Positions 40,057 to 51,834 of a stretch of DNA of 64,000 nucleotides are shown here, piece by piece. The position numbers and the translations under genes are program-made. The stretch comes from Mobula hypostoma (taxonomy: Eukaryota): positions 12,216,001-12,280,000 of the forward strand of contig NC_086118.1 of NCBI RefSeq assembly GCF_963921235.1. The letters run 5' to 3'. The notes under the pieces were generated by a model that was given only the letters and a program-made list of their open reading frames with translations, did no database searches and was not told the origin of the DNA. How positions within the stretch are numbered: position 1 is the stretch's first letter; every line of letters begins with the position of its first letter.

Positions 40057-42239
40057 ATCGCCAAATCATATTGTTTCCTTGGTTGGGGTGGTTGGGGACC
40101 ACTCTTAGCACAAAGAGAGACCAATCAGGATGCTCGCTCTCCCTCTCCCTCTCCCTCTCAAAAAAATCTATTTCTGGGATATTGTATATAATTCCGGGCG
40201 TCAGGGAGCCACTATCAACATGCGGGAGACTCCCGGAACTTCCGGGAGAGGTGGGATGTCTGCTATATAAAAGCTTCCCAGGATCTTACATATTTCATTC
40301 AAGTTTCCTCTCACTCTTCTGAACTCCAGCAGAAACAATTTAGCCTCTCCATCTTTTCCTCAGAGGACAACCTGCTCACAGCAGGTATTAGTCTGGTAAA
40401 GCTTTAATAAATTGCTTCCAGTATATTAACCTCCTTCTTTAAATGAGGAGGCCAATGTTATACTCAAGACTCTCACTCTAAATAATTAAAAACAGCCACT
40501 TCCTATTCCCTCAGCAATAAGCAGCATCATTCTGTTATCTTCACTAATTGGTTATACTACCCATGTACCAGCCTTCTGGGAATCCTGCACTAAGACGCCC
40601 AGATCCTCTGCCTCTCAGAGCACTTCTATTTCTCACCAATGAGAGAACAAGATCCGCTTTCACTTTTCCTGCCAAAATGGAGATTATCATAATTTCCCAT
40701 GTTATTCATCACTTGCCAGATCTTTGCTCTATATTCCTTTGCAGCAAGCTTACATCTTCTTCATTTTCCCATTCACCTTTCAGTCATTAATAAATTTAGC
40801 AACTATATATTCAATGCCTTTTTCCAAGACATTTGTTTAAATTGTAAATAAATCGGGGCCGTGGTGTTAATGCTTGTGGCATACCATGCCAACAAGAACG
40901 AGCTCCCCTGCATCTACTCTCTGCCGTTAACCAAGCAATCTTCTACATCCCACACTTTTACTTTCCCAACAATCATTGTGTCACATCTTGTCAAATACTT
41001 ACTGGAAATTTAACACATCCACCAGTTCCTCTTTATTTACAGCAAACATTACATCAAACAACAGCAATAATTTGGTCTAAAATGTATTTTCCTTTCACAA
41101 AACAATGTTGATTTATGGCCTTGGCTCTGAGTCTATTTTTTTTCTCTAACAATCAACCCAATGAAATGCAATGAGTTGTTTTCTATATTAATGTGACTAT
41201 AAACACAAGTTGTTGAATCGGTGGCTCCTGAAAGGAAGTGTAAGACTGTGTTATCACTACAAACATACCCTGCAGGCAGATAGAAAAGGCGTTGAAAGTA
41301 AAATTTCATGCATTTACACATATTAGGATTGATTGACTGAACTTACTTCTATGGTTCTGGTTTTAGTAGTGTAACGGTTAAGTTACAGTATGATCATGTT
41401 CAAATCCCACCACACACTTAGGCTAATTTAAATTTGTTACTTAAATACAAATCTGGAATGAAAACATTATATAATAATGGTGAAATAACTAAATTGCTGT
41501 AAGACATTTTGAAGTTAAGAAGTTTTCTTCTTTACTCTTTCACAAGGCGATACATGGGATTGTTCATTAGAGGAAGTTGCACTCTCCATCAGCAGGAAGT
41601 GCTGGTTTGGTAAGAATCCCTTCACAATTTGTTCTCAAACATCTGCACTCATTGTAAAGCTCCTCTGCCTCTTGTTTTTGGTTTTGGTTGGAGATCCAGT
41701 GAATGCACGTCTTTCAACGAGGCATTCTAAGGCTTTCCATCAAGAGAAAATCTTCCTTTCTATTTCCCTGAAGAAGAGCATGAATAGTTCTTCAATATTA
41801 ACACCCCACCAAAAAATGATTACACCGTATCTTCTCTCTCACTCCAGCTATTTGCTCTTCTCTCTTTCCTCATTGAGCAGAGGTTCAAAACCTTGAAAGC
41901 ATAAACTGCTAGGCTCAAGGACTGTTTCTACCCTATTATTATTATTATACATTTGAGTGAACCTTTCATAATCTAAAGATAAATTATTGACCTCCCAATC
42001 TACTTTGGCACCTTGGTTACCTGCAGTGCACTTTATCTGTAGCTGCTACGCTGTATTCTGCATTCTCATTTATTTTGCTACCTCAGTGTACTTGTGTATG
42101 GCAAGATCTGCCTGGATGGCATGCAAATAATAGTTTTTCACTCTAATGCCAATACTAATTCTCTGGTCATCATTGCACTGATGGTTGTGAGAGCTTGGTA
42201 TAGAAAAACTGCCAACCACTTTTCTTATGCCCCGTATAC

Positions 42240-42561
42240 GTGTGGGTGTGTGTGAACTGGGTGTTTATCCTTGTATAACTTGCATGTCCACATGTAGAAG
42301 TGTGTGTGTATGTGTGTGTGTGTTTGTATGGGTTTGTACTTCTTGTGCCTCTGTACATAAATATGTGTGTGTGTTTGTGTGTATATGTATTGAATGATTG
42401 TGTGTGTGTGTGTGAGTGTGTATATGTGTACAGAACGATAGTGTATGTGTGAAGGTGTTTATGTATATTGAATGATTGTGTGTGGGAGTGTGTTTATGTG
42501 TATTGAATGATTGTGTGTGTGTGAGTGTGTGTTTATGTGTATTGAATGATTGTGTGTGTGA

Positions 42562-42593
<32 letters not shown>

Positions 42594-42599
42594 TGAATG

Positions 42600-42636
<37 letters not shown>

Positions 42637-42712
42637 ATGTGTATTGAATGATTTTGTGTGTGTGTGTGTGTGTGTGTGTTTATGTGTATTGAATGATTTT
42701 GTTTGTGTGTGT

Positions 42713-42744
<32 letters not shown>

Positions 42745-42818
42745 TTATGTGTATTGAATGATTTTGTGTGTGTGTGTGTGTGTGTTTATGTGTATTGAAT
42801 GATTTTGTTTGTGTGTGT

Positions 42819-42860
<42 letters not shown>

Positions 42861-42891
42861 ATGTGTATTGAATGATTTTGTGTGTGTGTGT

Positions 42892-42933
<42 letters not shown>

Positions 42934-42990
42934 ATGTGTATTGAATGATTTTGTGTGTGAGTGTGTGTGTGTGTGTGTGTGTGAGTGTCC
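42240..42990. repeat. compound (GT)n microsatellite/minisatellite
   Basis: Units of (GT)n + TTATGTGTATTGAATGATT(TT), repeated roughly ten times. Confidence 0.95.
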
Positions 42991-43122
42991 AACAATATGC
43001 ATTACTCTGGGGGCAGGACTCAGCTCAAAAATAATGCTTTTCATGATCAAACAGTTTTGCAGATGCTCCCCAACGAGGGTCACACGAAGTATGGTTTCTT
43101 AAAAGACCACAGCACTGTCCAG

Positions 43123-43956
43123 CCAAGCAACACGCACAAAATGCTGGAGGAATTCAGCAGACCAGACAGCATCCATGGAAAAGAATACAGTCAACGTTTC
43201 GGGCTGTGACCCTTCATCAGAACTGGAGAAAAAAGGGATGTGGAGTGGATTTAAAAGGTGGGGGGAGGGGAGGGCAAAACACCAGCTGATAGGTGAATCC
43301 GGGAGGGCGAGGGGTGAAGTAAAGAATTGGGAAGTTGATTGGTGAAAGAGTTACAGGACTGGAGAAGGGGAAGTTGGATAGGAGAGGACCAAAGGCCATG
43401 GAAGAAAGACAAGGGGGAAGGAACAATGGGAAGGCAAGGAGATAAGATAAGAGAATGAAAAGGAAATGGGGAGTGGTGAAGGGGGGTTGCCATTGCTGGA
43501 GTTCGAGAAATTGATATTGCGTCTGGGTAGCCTCCAACTTGATGGCATGAACATCAGTTTCTCGAACTTCTGGAAAATCCCACCCACCTTCACCTTTTCC
43601 CATTCCCTTCTCCCTTTCCCACTTTCCTTACCTGCCCATTGCCTCCCTCTGGTCTTTCTTCCCCATCTTCTTTCTTCTATGGTCTTCTATCCTCTTCCAT
43701 TAGGTTCCCTCTTCCCCAACCTGTATCTCTTTCACTAATCTACTTCCCAGCTCTTTACTTCATCGCTCCCCCTCCCAGTTTGACCTAGCAGTTGTGTTTC
43801 TCCCCCAACCTTTTAACTCTATTCCTCATCTCTTTTTCTCCAGTCCTGCTGAAGGCTCTTGGCCTGTTTACTTTTTTCCATGATGCTGCCTGGCCTGGTA
43901 TTTTGTGTGTGCTGCTTGGATTTCCAGCATCTGCAGAGTTTTTCTTGTTTGTGATT
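43123..43956. mobile_element. PLE 3'-end inverted-repeat unit
   Basis: Left arm is a minus-strand PLE 3' UTR and right arm a plus-strand copy; inversion junction ~43505-43570 lies in the ORF-end sequence (GATGGCATGAACATCAGTTTCTCGAACTTC). Confidence 0.88.
43188..43225 (-). ncRNA. minimal type-I hammerhead ribozyme, apparently intact
   Basis: Minus strand CAGTT-CTGATGA-A-GGGT CACA GCCC-GAAA-CG-TT-GACTG; all core nucleotides present, 5-bp stem I, 4-bp stem II, ACGU palindrome; predicted cut 43193/43192. Confidence 0.8.
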
Positions 43957-44023
43957 GAATGTCCACAGCTGATCATAGTTTTGCTAGTCAGGAACGTAGT
44001 TCAGAGTTAGATATTCATATCAT

Positions 44024-44245
44024 GGCTGGTGGCGTAGTAGTATCAGTGCCAGACTTCGGGACGAAAGGCCCTGAGTTCGAAACCAGACAGCTCCCCTGCA
44101 CGCTTTCCATCTGTGCTGGGTTACGAGCTGGTGATCTCACCCGGCAGAAGGCAATGGCAAACCATCGCTGTAACTTGCCTCGTACACGGTTCCCCACTAC
44201 GTCAGAGAGGCGTGAAAGGAAATCATCCGCTAACCAGATGTGATG
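44024..44245 (+). mobile_element. tRNA-derived SINE with RTE-like 3' part
   Basis: A box TGGCGTAGTAG, B box GAGTTCGAAACC, GAAGGCAATGGCAAACCA motif, (GAT)-type tail. Confidence 0.75.
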
Positions 44246-45373
44246 TAAAGAAAAGAATCAGGGGTGCAGATTCACATCCAGCTAATTTCATTTTTAGATG
44301 ACGTGAACTGAAAACTTTTATCTCGGAGGCTCGCAAGTCTCTGGAACTTTTTTCTCAAAGGGCTGTGGAAGCAGAGCCTTTGAAAATTTTTAAGACACAT
44401 TTTAGATTCTTGATAAGCTGAGGTTACAATCAGATCAATTGCAATCTGATTAAAAAAGGTAGCTGAATTGTACCACTGATTTGGATCTTTGCAATTCATG
44501 TCCCTGTTCAGCAAGACTTGTGGTTTCTTTGAATTTGCTCTCTGGCAAATCCAGCAGTGTACAACTTTCAGTTTTAAATTTATGCCACATCTAGTCAAGT
44601 AGCACATAGTGGATATGACTTCTGTTGAGAAAAGTTGTTTAATCTATTTGAATCTTTTTGAAAATAGGATCACATACTGTGCATTTGATACTGAGTCCAT
44701 CAGATCTGACTTTGCTCATTGATACTGTGCCAGTGTTTAAGCAGAAGGGTATTTGCAAAAGTGAATGACTTTTTGCAGTTATCATTATCAAAGTGAAGGA
44801 TGGCAAATTTAAGCAACTGAATACTTTGTCATCTTCTATTCAGTGTCATTATCCTCTACCCTGACAGTAGGAATAACACAAGTCACCATTTCAAAACAGT
44901 AGTGGGCTCTGCTATGCAATTCCTGCCCAGTTTTTCTGCAGATTGGTTTCAGAGATTAAAATGACAGTGCTGATTTCTGGGGACATTTTTGCTGCTGTGA
45001 GTTCTCACTATTTGAAAGGCATTCCCTAGTTTTTTTTTAATATATACCACACAAGCAGCAAACGCTGAGTGAATCCCAAAGCTGGAACACAGATGAAGGG
45101 TTTGTTAGCAAGCATGGCAAAAATGAATTCTTTATCCCACAAAATACTAGCTTTATATCCCAGATATCATTAATGTCTGAACCAGTACCACTAAACTCAT
45201 CCGCTCAATTATTTATCCCACTACTGATTCTGGGATCTTGTATAAAATGTTTGCAATAGTAATTACATGTTTTTTCTCTTCTCTCTTCTTTCTTTCTCCC
45301 TCCCTAGGTAGTTCTATGCTTGTTAATTCCCCCTGTTAGCCTGCAACTGGGGGTCACTAAGCTCGCTACTCAC

Positions 45374-45481
45374 CTGTGAATACTGCTTGTGAATACCTCT
45401 CTTTTAATGGATCTTGGACAATAATTTGTTTGTGAATCTAGCTGTTTAAGGCAGCTTGTGGTCCTCTCAAGAAGTAAATTC
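45374..45481 (-). other. candidate exon of unidentified minus-strand gene
   Basis: Consensus donor CAG|GTGAGT at 45374; acceptor ttctgttccctctaactaaag; 108 nt, phase 2-2, NLLLERTTSCLKQLDSQTNYCPRSIKREVFTSSIH. Confidence 0.3.
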
Positions 45482-45779
45482 CTTTAGTTAGAGGGAACAG
45501 AAATTGCCCTCTTATAGAACTGCTGAAAAGTTTTTAACAGCTGGCTAAGCTTTGTTTCCAAACTCAGCCAGCGTTCTGAACAAACAATGAAGTTTTTAAG
45601 CATGCTGTTTTATAAAGGATAATCTGAGAATAAAAACTCTTAAAATTTAAGTAAATTCAATTAACTTAAAGAAGTGAATTATTTAATATTTAATAATTAG
45701 TTAATATTTACCTGCCACTCCAGCTATTCCTTCTCCTTCAGATGAAAGGATTTGAGATTCCTGGTCTAGGTCTATAGGC

Positions 45780-47200
45780 ACATCAGAATATAAGACAGGG
45801 ACAGATGTGGATTAAGTTGGTCCCTAGACCATGGTCCATTAGTCAATAAGATTATGGTCAATTCAGTGTTGACCTAGGTTGTGGCTTCCCACTCTCACTT
45901 TTCACTTCTTCGTGCTTTTAATGTTTGTTACTCTCCTTTGTGGAAATGTTTAATGAGTCCACCTCCACAACACTCTAGAGTAGAATTCCAAAGATTCTTA
46001 TGTCTTTGAAGGACAAAAATCCTCCTCACCTCTGTCTCAAATTGAAACGGTATCTTGTTGTTGAAATCTGAGAGAGAACAGGTTATAGAGGATTACGTGG
46101 TAAAATAGGATTGATGTGGTTTCTCTTCAACAACTCGATAGGCTGAATAGTCTCATTCCTTCACTTCATCATTATTTGGTGAAATGTATATATAATATGT
46201 ATAGCTCTATATAAGCCCACTGCGGTAATATTCAGAATCGACCCTCTCAACCTTGCTCAGAATCTTATGTTTCAATAAGATTACCTTGTACCTGTATATG
46301 ACAAAGCTGCTCAAGTCAATCCCTTCATCTTAGGAACTAACCTTCACTGCACTAACTCCATTGAAAATTAAGAATGGAGACCAAAATTGCTTTCATTATT
46401 CAAGCTCTGTCTCACAGTAAAGTTGTATCGAAACTTACTATTTTTATGCTCTCTACCCTTGCAATAAAGGGAAGCATTTATTCAGCCTTCTTAATTACTT
46501 GTTGTACCTGCACTTAGTGTTTGGTGTACAGAGAAGTGAGATCCCTTTACATCAAATGGAGATATAAAAGAGACTGCAGATGCTTAAAATCAGCAGCAAT
46601 GCATTCGAAATGCTGAAGGAACTTGGCAGGTCAGGCAGCATCACTGGAGGGAATGACAGTTCATTTCCTTCCACAGATGCAGCCTGACCAGTCGAGCTCC
46701 TCCAGCATTTTGCACGTGTAGCTCTTTTTATGCCACAACACTTGGAACTCCCGTGCTATTTAAACGATAAGTTTCTTTCTCATTCTTTCATCTAACTTTA
46801 TAACTTCATAACTTTATTTTCCCTGCATTAAATCCTATCTGCCTGCTTATTGTTTACTCACTTCACCTCTGAAGTCTCTTCATATCACTTCCACAACTTG
46901 GCAATCCAACTAATATTGTGTCATTTGCAAATTTGCATACAGTGCACTTCTGCCCTTACTTGAAGTTATTAATGTAGATTATAAACAGATGAGGTCCTAA
47001 CATTGATCCCTGTAGTGCCCATTATTTACTGATTGCTAATCCAAAAGTGATCCATTTGTCATGTCTTTGTCATCTGGTAGTTCATGACTCCTGTCTCTGC
47101 TAATACATTACCCTCAATTTAGCTTTTTGTATTTCATGCACTATTATGTGGCATAATACTTCGCAGTTTCACTCCATTTAAATAATAATTTACTTTTTCA
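45780..47200 (-). mobile_element. very old CR1 fragments (with hairpin PLE derivative at 46570-46722)
   Basis: TTGTGTCATTTGCAAATTTG (decayed FADD region) and other pieces colinear with CR1. Confidence 0.55.
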
Positions 47201-47262
47201 CTATTCCTTTCAGAGTGGCTAATCTCACATTAACTAGTCTCTTATGCTAAAATATTACCCAC

Positions 47263-47429
47263 CAATGCCCTCCTGTAGAGAGGATGGTTTCCCCAGGGTA
47301 AGTGATAGGAATTATAATAGGTATATGTTCTCTCGCTGGTCTCACTGATTACATGACTGGACAATCTATGGGTATCCAACGTGCCTTGTAACCAACAAGG
47401 GTTTTTGCAGTGAAGAATAGTCACTGCTA
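47263..47429 (-). other. candidate exon of unidentified minus-strand gene
   Basis: Acceptor tgtctgttgcattgcag, donor TTG|GTGGGT, open frame AVTILHCKNPCWLQGTLDTHRLSSHVISETSERTYTYYNSYHLPWGNHPLYRRAL in a unique island between repeats. Confidence 0.3.
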
Positions 47430-48024
47430 CTGCAATGCAACAGACAATTTGTGCATAACAAGCTCCCATATACAGCAATGAGACAACCTAACACTAACAC
47501 CAACTGCAAGAGACTATAAAACCATAAGACCATAAGATATATGAGCAAAATTAGGCCATTTGTCCCTTTCCATCATGATTGATTTATTATCCCACATAAT
47601 GCCATTCTCCTGCCTTCTCCCTGTAACCTTTAAAACCCTTACTAATCAACAACCTATCAACTTCCGCTTTAAACATCTCTGTGACCGGTCACTGGGCCTC
47701 CACAGCTGTCTGTAACAATGAGTTCTGCAGAATCACTACCCTTTTGCGAAAGTAATTCCTCCTCATCTCTGTTCTAAAGGAACATTCTTGTCTTCTGAAG
47801 CTGTGCCCTCTGGTCCTGGAATGGCAATCTATAGAAAACAACCTTTCCATATCCACTCTATTTAGGCCTTTCAATATCCAATAGGCTTCAATGAGATTCC
47901 CCCCTCATTCTCTGGACGCCAGTCAGTACAGGCCCAGAGCCATCAAATGCTCCTCGTACATTAACCCTTGCATTGCTGGGAGAATTTTTGTGAACCTCTT
48001 CTGGACCCTCTCCAATGCCCACTC

Positions 48025-49090
48025 ATCAGGTTCAGGATCAGAACCTGGTTCAATATTAACGGCATATGTCATGAAATTTGTTAACTTTGTGGCAGCAATG
48101 CAATGTAATACAAGATAAATAAAGAAAAAAAAAGAAACTAAATTACAGTAAGTATATATATATTGAAGAGTTAAATTAAGTAGTGCAAAATCAGAAATTT
48201 AAAAAAATGATGAGATACTGTTTATGGGTTCAAAGTCTAGTTAGGAATTGGATGGCTGAGGGGAAGAAGCTGTTCCTGAATTGCTGCATGTATGCCTGCA
48301 GGCTTCAGTGCCTCCTTCCTGATGGTAACAATTAGAAGAGGGCATGCCCTGGGTGGAGGGGTTCCTTGATTATGGAAGATTCTTTTCTGAGGCACCAGCT
48401 CTTGAAGATGACTTCGATACTACAGAGGCTAGTACCCATGATGGAGCTGACTAATTTTACAACCCTCTGCGGTTTACTGTGATCCAGTCCAGTGACAAAC
48501 ACCAACCCCACCCCTCCCCACACCAGACGGTGATCTGTGATGCAGCCTGTCAGAATGCTCTCCATGGTACATCAGTGGAAGTTTTCGAGTGTTCTAGGTA
48601 ACAAACCAAATCTCCTCAAACTCCTGATGAAATATAGCCTCTGCCTTGCCTTCTTTGTAGATGCATCGATATGTTGGGACCAGGTTAGATCCTCAAAGAT
48701 ATTGACACCCAGGAACTTGAAATTGCTCACTCTCTCCACTTCTGATCCCTCCGCGAGGATTGGTTTGTGTTCCCTTGTTTTACCGTTTTTGAAGCCCACA
48801 ATCAGCTCTTTGGTCTTGCTGATACTGAGTACAAGGTTGTTATTCTGACGCCACTTAACTTGTTAGAATATATCGCTCCTGTACTCCCTCCTGTCAGAAT
48901 CTGAGATTCTGCCAACAATGGTTGTATCATCTGTAAATTTATAGATGGCATTTGAGCTATGCCTAGCCACATAGTCATGGGTATAGAAAGAGTGGAGCAG
49001 TGGGCTAAGCACACATCCCTGAAGTGTGCCAGTGTTGATTGTTAGTGAGGTGGAGACGTTATTAACAATCCACACAGACTGTGGATCCTT
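48025..49090 (-). mobile_element. Rex/Babar LINE fragment nested in CR1
   Basis: TGTLQGCVLSPLL, YKFTDD, KKARQRLYFIRSLRRF, MESILTGCIT. Confidence 0.9.
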
Positions 49091-50002
49091 TCTTAGTTCC
49101 CAAACTGTCCACATTACTCCAGTTGTGGTCTGAACTATGCCTTATAAAGCCTCAGCATTACGTACCTGCTTTTATATTCCAGTGTTCTTGAAATTAATTC
49201 TAACATTGCATTTGCCTTCCTTATCAATGACTATATCTGCAAATTAACCTTTAAGGAATTCTGCACAAAGTCTCCTAAGTTCCTTTAACACCTCGGATTT
49301 CTGAACTTGCCTCCTGTTTAGAAGATTGTCTATGCCAAAGTACATGACCATATTATTTCCTATACTGTAGTCTAACTGCCACATCTTTGCCCATTCTCCT
49401 AATCTGCCTAAATCCTTCTGCAGTCTCCCTGTTTCCTCAAGACTTAGTTCCTCCACCTATTTTTGTATCAACCACAAACTTGGCCACAAAGACCTCAAAT
49501 CCATCATCCACATCATTGATATATAACGTGAAAAGAAATGGTCCCAACATCGACCCCTGTGGAACACTATTAGTCACTGGCAGCCATCAAGAAAAGGCAC
49601 CCTTTATTCCTGCTATCTGCTTTCTGCCAGTCAGCCAATCTTCTATCCATGCTACTAGCTTTCCCATAATACCATGAGCTCTTCTCTTGTATAACAGCCT
49701 CATGTGTGGTACCTTATCAAAAGCCGTCTAAAAATCCAAGAAAGTAACATCCACTGACTCTCCTTGTTAGGCAAGATTTCCTCTTAAGGAAACCATGCTG
49801 ACTTTGGCCTATTTTATTGTGTGCCTCCAGTTACCCCAGAACCTCAGCCTTAATGATAGATTCTAAATCTTACCATGCACTGACTTCAGGCTAACTGGCC
49901 TATAATTTCCTGACATTTGCCTCCCTCTCTTCTCAAAGTTCAAAGTACATTTATTATCCAAGTATGTATAGATATACAATCTTGAAATTTGTCTCCTTAG
50001 AG

Positions 50003-50762
50003 CAGGGGTCCCCAGCCTTTTTTGCACCGTGGACTGGTTTAATATTGACAATATTCTTGCGGACCGGCCGACCGGGGGGTGTTCAAGTAGGGTTAAACTC
50101 ACCTCAACATGTCTTTTACAGTCTCACTCCCAAATAAGAGACAAAAGTAGCAGTCAAATTCCGGGACACTTTACTCCAGGAAAGATTACCATGACCATGA
50201 AGCCTTGCGCGGGCACCTGTGTGCGCATGCGTGACGTGTGCATGTGATGTGCGCATGCGCATATGTGCTGATATTTTCTCCCCACAAATCAGTTTTGACG
50301 TCATCTTCCCGACTATACTGTACATACATTATTTCTACTTTTTATAGGCTGTGTATTTATCATATCATTCCTGCTTTTACTATATGTTAGTGTTACTTAT
50401 TTTTGTTTTTTTGTGTTATTTGGTATGATTTGTTAGGTTATTTTTTGGGTCTAGGAACGCTCAAAAATGTTTCCCGTATAAATTAATGGTAATTGCTTTT
50501 TTGCTTTACTCCATTTCGGCACGAACGGTCTCATAAGAACGCTCTACCTTAGTGAGGGAAATACAGGACAAGGGCAGACCCGTATGGGACAAACCAATTT
50601 AGCCCACTATATGGGATGTCCCGGCAAATAGAGGACAGTTGGCAATCCTATATTCAAGTTCAACAGTACGTGGCAGGGATTGAGAAAAGGTGCAGCTGAC
50701 TCATATCGTTTCCTCGCGGCCTGGTAGCACATGCTTTGTGGCCCGGTGGGTGGGGACCACTG
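50003..50762. mobile_element. non-autonomous hAT (Charlie-like) element
   Basis: TIRs CAGGGGTCCCCA / TGGGGACCACTG; perfect 8-bp TSD CCTTAGAG (49995-50002, 50763-70). Confidence 0.92.
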
Positions 50763-51834
50763 CCTTAGAGGCAGCTGCAACCTGGAAACCCACTAGAGCC
50801 AATTTTAAAAAAGACACCAGTGTGCAAGAAAGAACATATTGTGTAAGAACAATAATAAGTAAGCAAACAGCATTCAGAACTAAAGTTCACGAAAACGAGT
50901 ACACAGCCACAAAGCCAGATCGTTGCTGGCGCCGGTCCTGGAGTCTGTCAGTGGCAGTCCACAGCCTCAGTTCAGAGCAGAGGTGCGTAAACCTTGCCGA
51001 GCAGCAAACTGAACACCAGCATGAGTCTCACCTCTGGCCCCAACACCCTGACCTTTTCAATCTGGCCCAGCGCTTAAATCGGTCAAACCATGGCTCATTC
51101 CTCGCTTTTGGTCCCATTGGGTCCAGGTGTCACTGCTTTGATTTGGTCTGTACCCAACCTTTCCAATTCTGGCCCACCACTTAAAATGGTCAAACATCTG
51201 CTTGTTCTTTGCTGTCAGGCCCGGGCCCCGCTGCCTCGCCTTGGATGTGCTGCTTCAAATCATCTCCAACTGCTCCATCAATGGCTCATTCCTCACTCTT
51301 AGACCGGGCCCCAGCACCTCGATTCACTCCGTGCACTGGACACAATGCCACAACAGTCCTGCACCTTCGGGACTTCAGTTCACACCACAATAATATCAGG
51401 TCATTCCAGTGGCTCAAAAGCTCAACTCTGAAAGAGAGGTTAGAGAAAGCAGTGATTATTGTCCAGAAAAAGTGTGATTAATAGAATAGCTAGTAGTTTT
51501 ATTTGCTGCCAGCAAGGTGTCACTTTGTTACACCAGCACCATTTTAAACCAGAAAGCTTTCCAAAATCTAGTGATTCATGAGGGATCACTACTAAAGCCT
51601 CCACAATCTCTTCAGCTACCTCTTAGAAAACTGGGGTCGCACCTATCCAGTCCAGGTGTCTTACCTACCTGCAGGCCTTTCAGCTTCCAAAGCACCTTCT
51701 CCTTAGAAATAGCAATTACATTCACTTGTGCTTCTATAAGTACATGCAGGGGGCAAGGTTTCAAATTTCTAGATCATTGGGATCTCTTCTGGGGAAGGTA
51801 TTGTGTATTTAATATGTCTCAAATATTTGAATAA

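Larger units (their letters stand above)
38913..40104 (-). mobile_element. hAT (Charlie/Buster-like) deletion derivative
   Basis: Termini CAGGGTCCCCAACC / GGTTGGGGACCACT; same subterminal sequence as 50003-50762; carries transposase C-terminus. Confidence 0.88.
38612..40262. mobile_element. non-autonomous TIR DNA transposon (TIR CAGACATCCCACC)
   Basis: CAGACATCCCACC at 38612 / GGTGGGATGTCTG ending 40262; flanking CTATAT duplicated (38606-11, 40263-68). Confidence 0.75.
38300..41110 (-). mobile_element. old CR1 fragment (38300-38611 and 40263-41110) split by nested DNA transposons
   Basis: GCAGGAGAAGGCCATT 3' end with a colinear decayed continuation after 40263. Confidence 0.55.
47515..51740 (-). 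mobile_element. CR1 LINE in three pieces (47515-48020, 49095-49930, 51545-51740) split by later insertions
   Basis: (CTTATGGT)n tail, SRTRGHSF, LQKDLGRLGEWAKMWQL, GNYRPVSL; pieces are colinear. Confidence 0.8.

Noticed and set aside
42380..42990. Repeat-spacer pattern resembling a CRISPR array; CVCV/HTHT ORFs
   Set aside because: Spacers are simple GT runs, there are no cas genes, the context is eukaryotic, and the ORFs are microsatellite translations
44460..44860. Possible further minus-strand exon after a tcctactgtcag acceptor
   Set aside because: Stops occur early in all three frames
50690..51481. 164-aa ORF and neighbours
   Set aside because: They span a hAT terminus and the UTR-like part of a repeat; no coding signature
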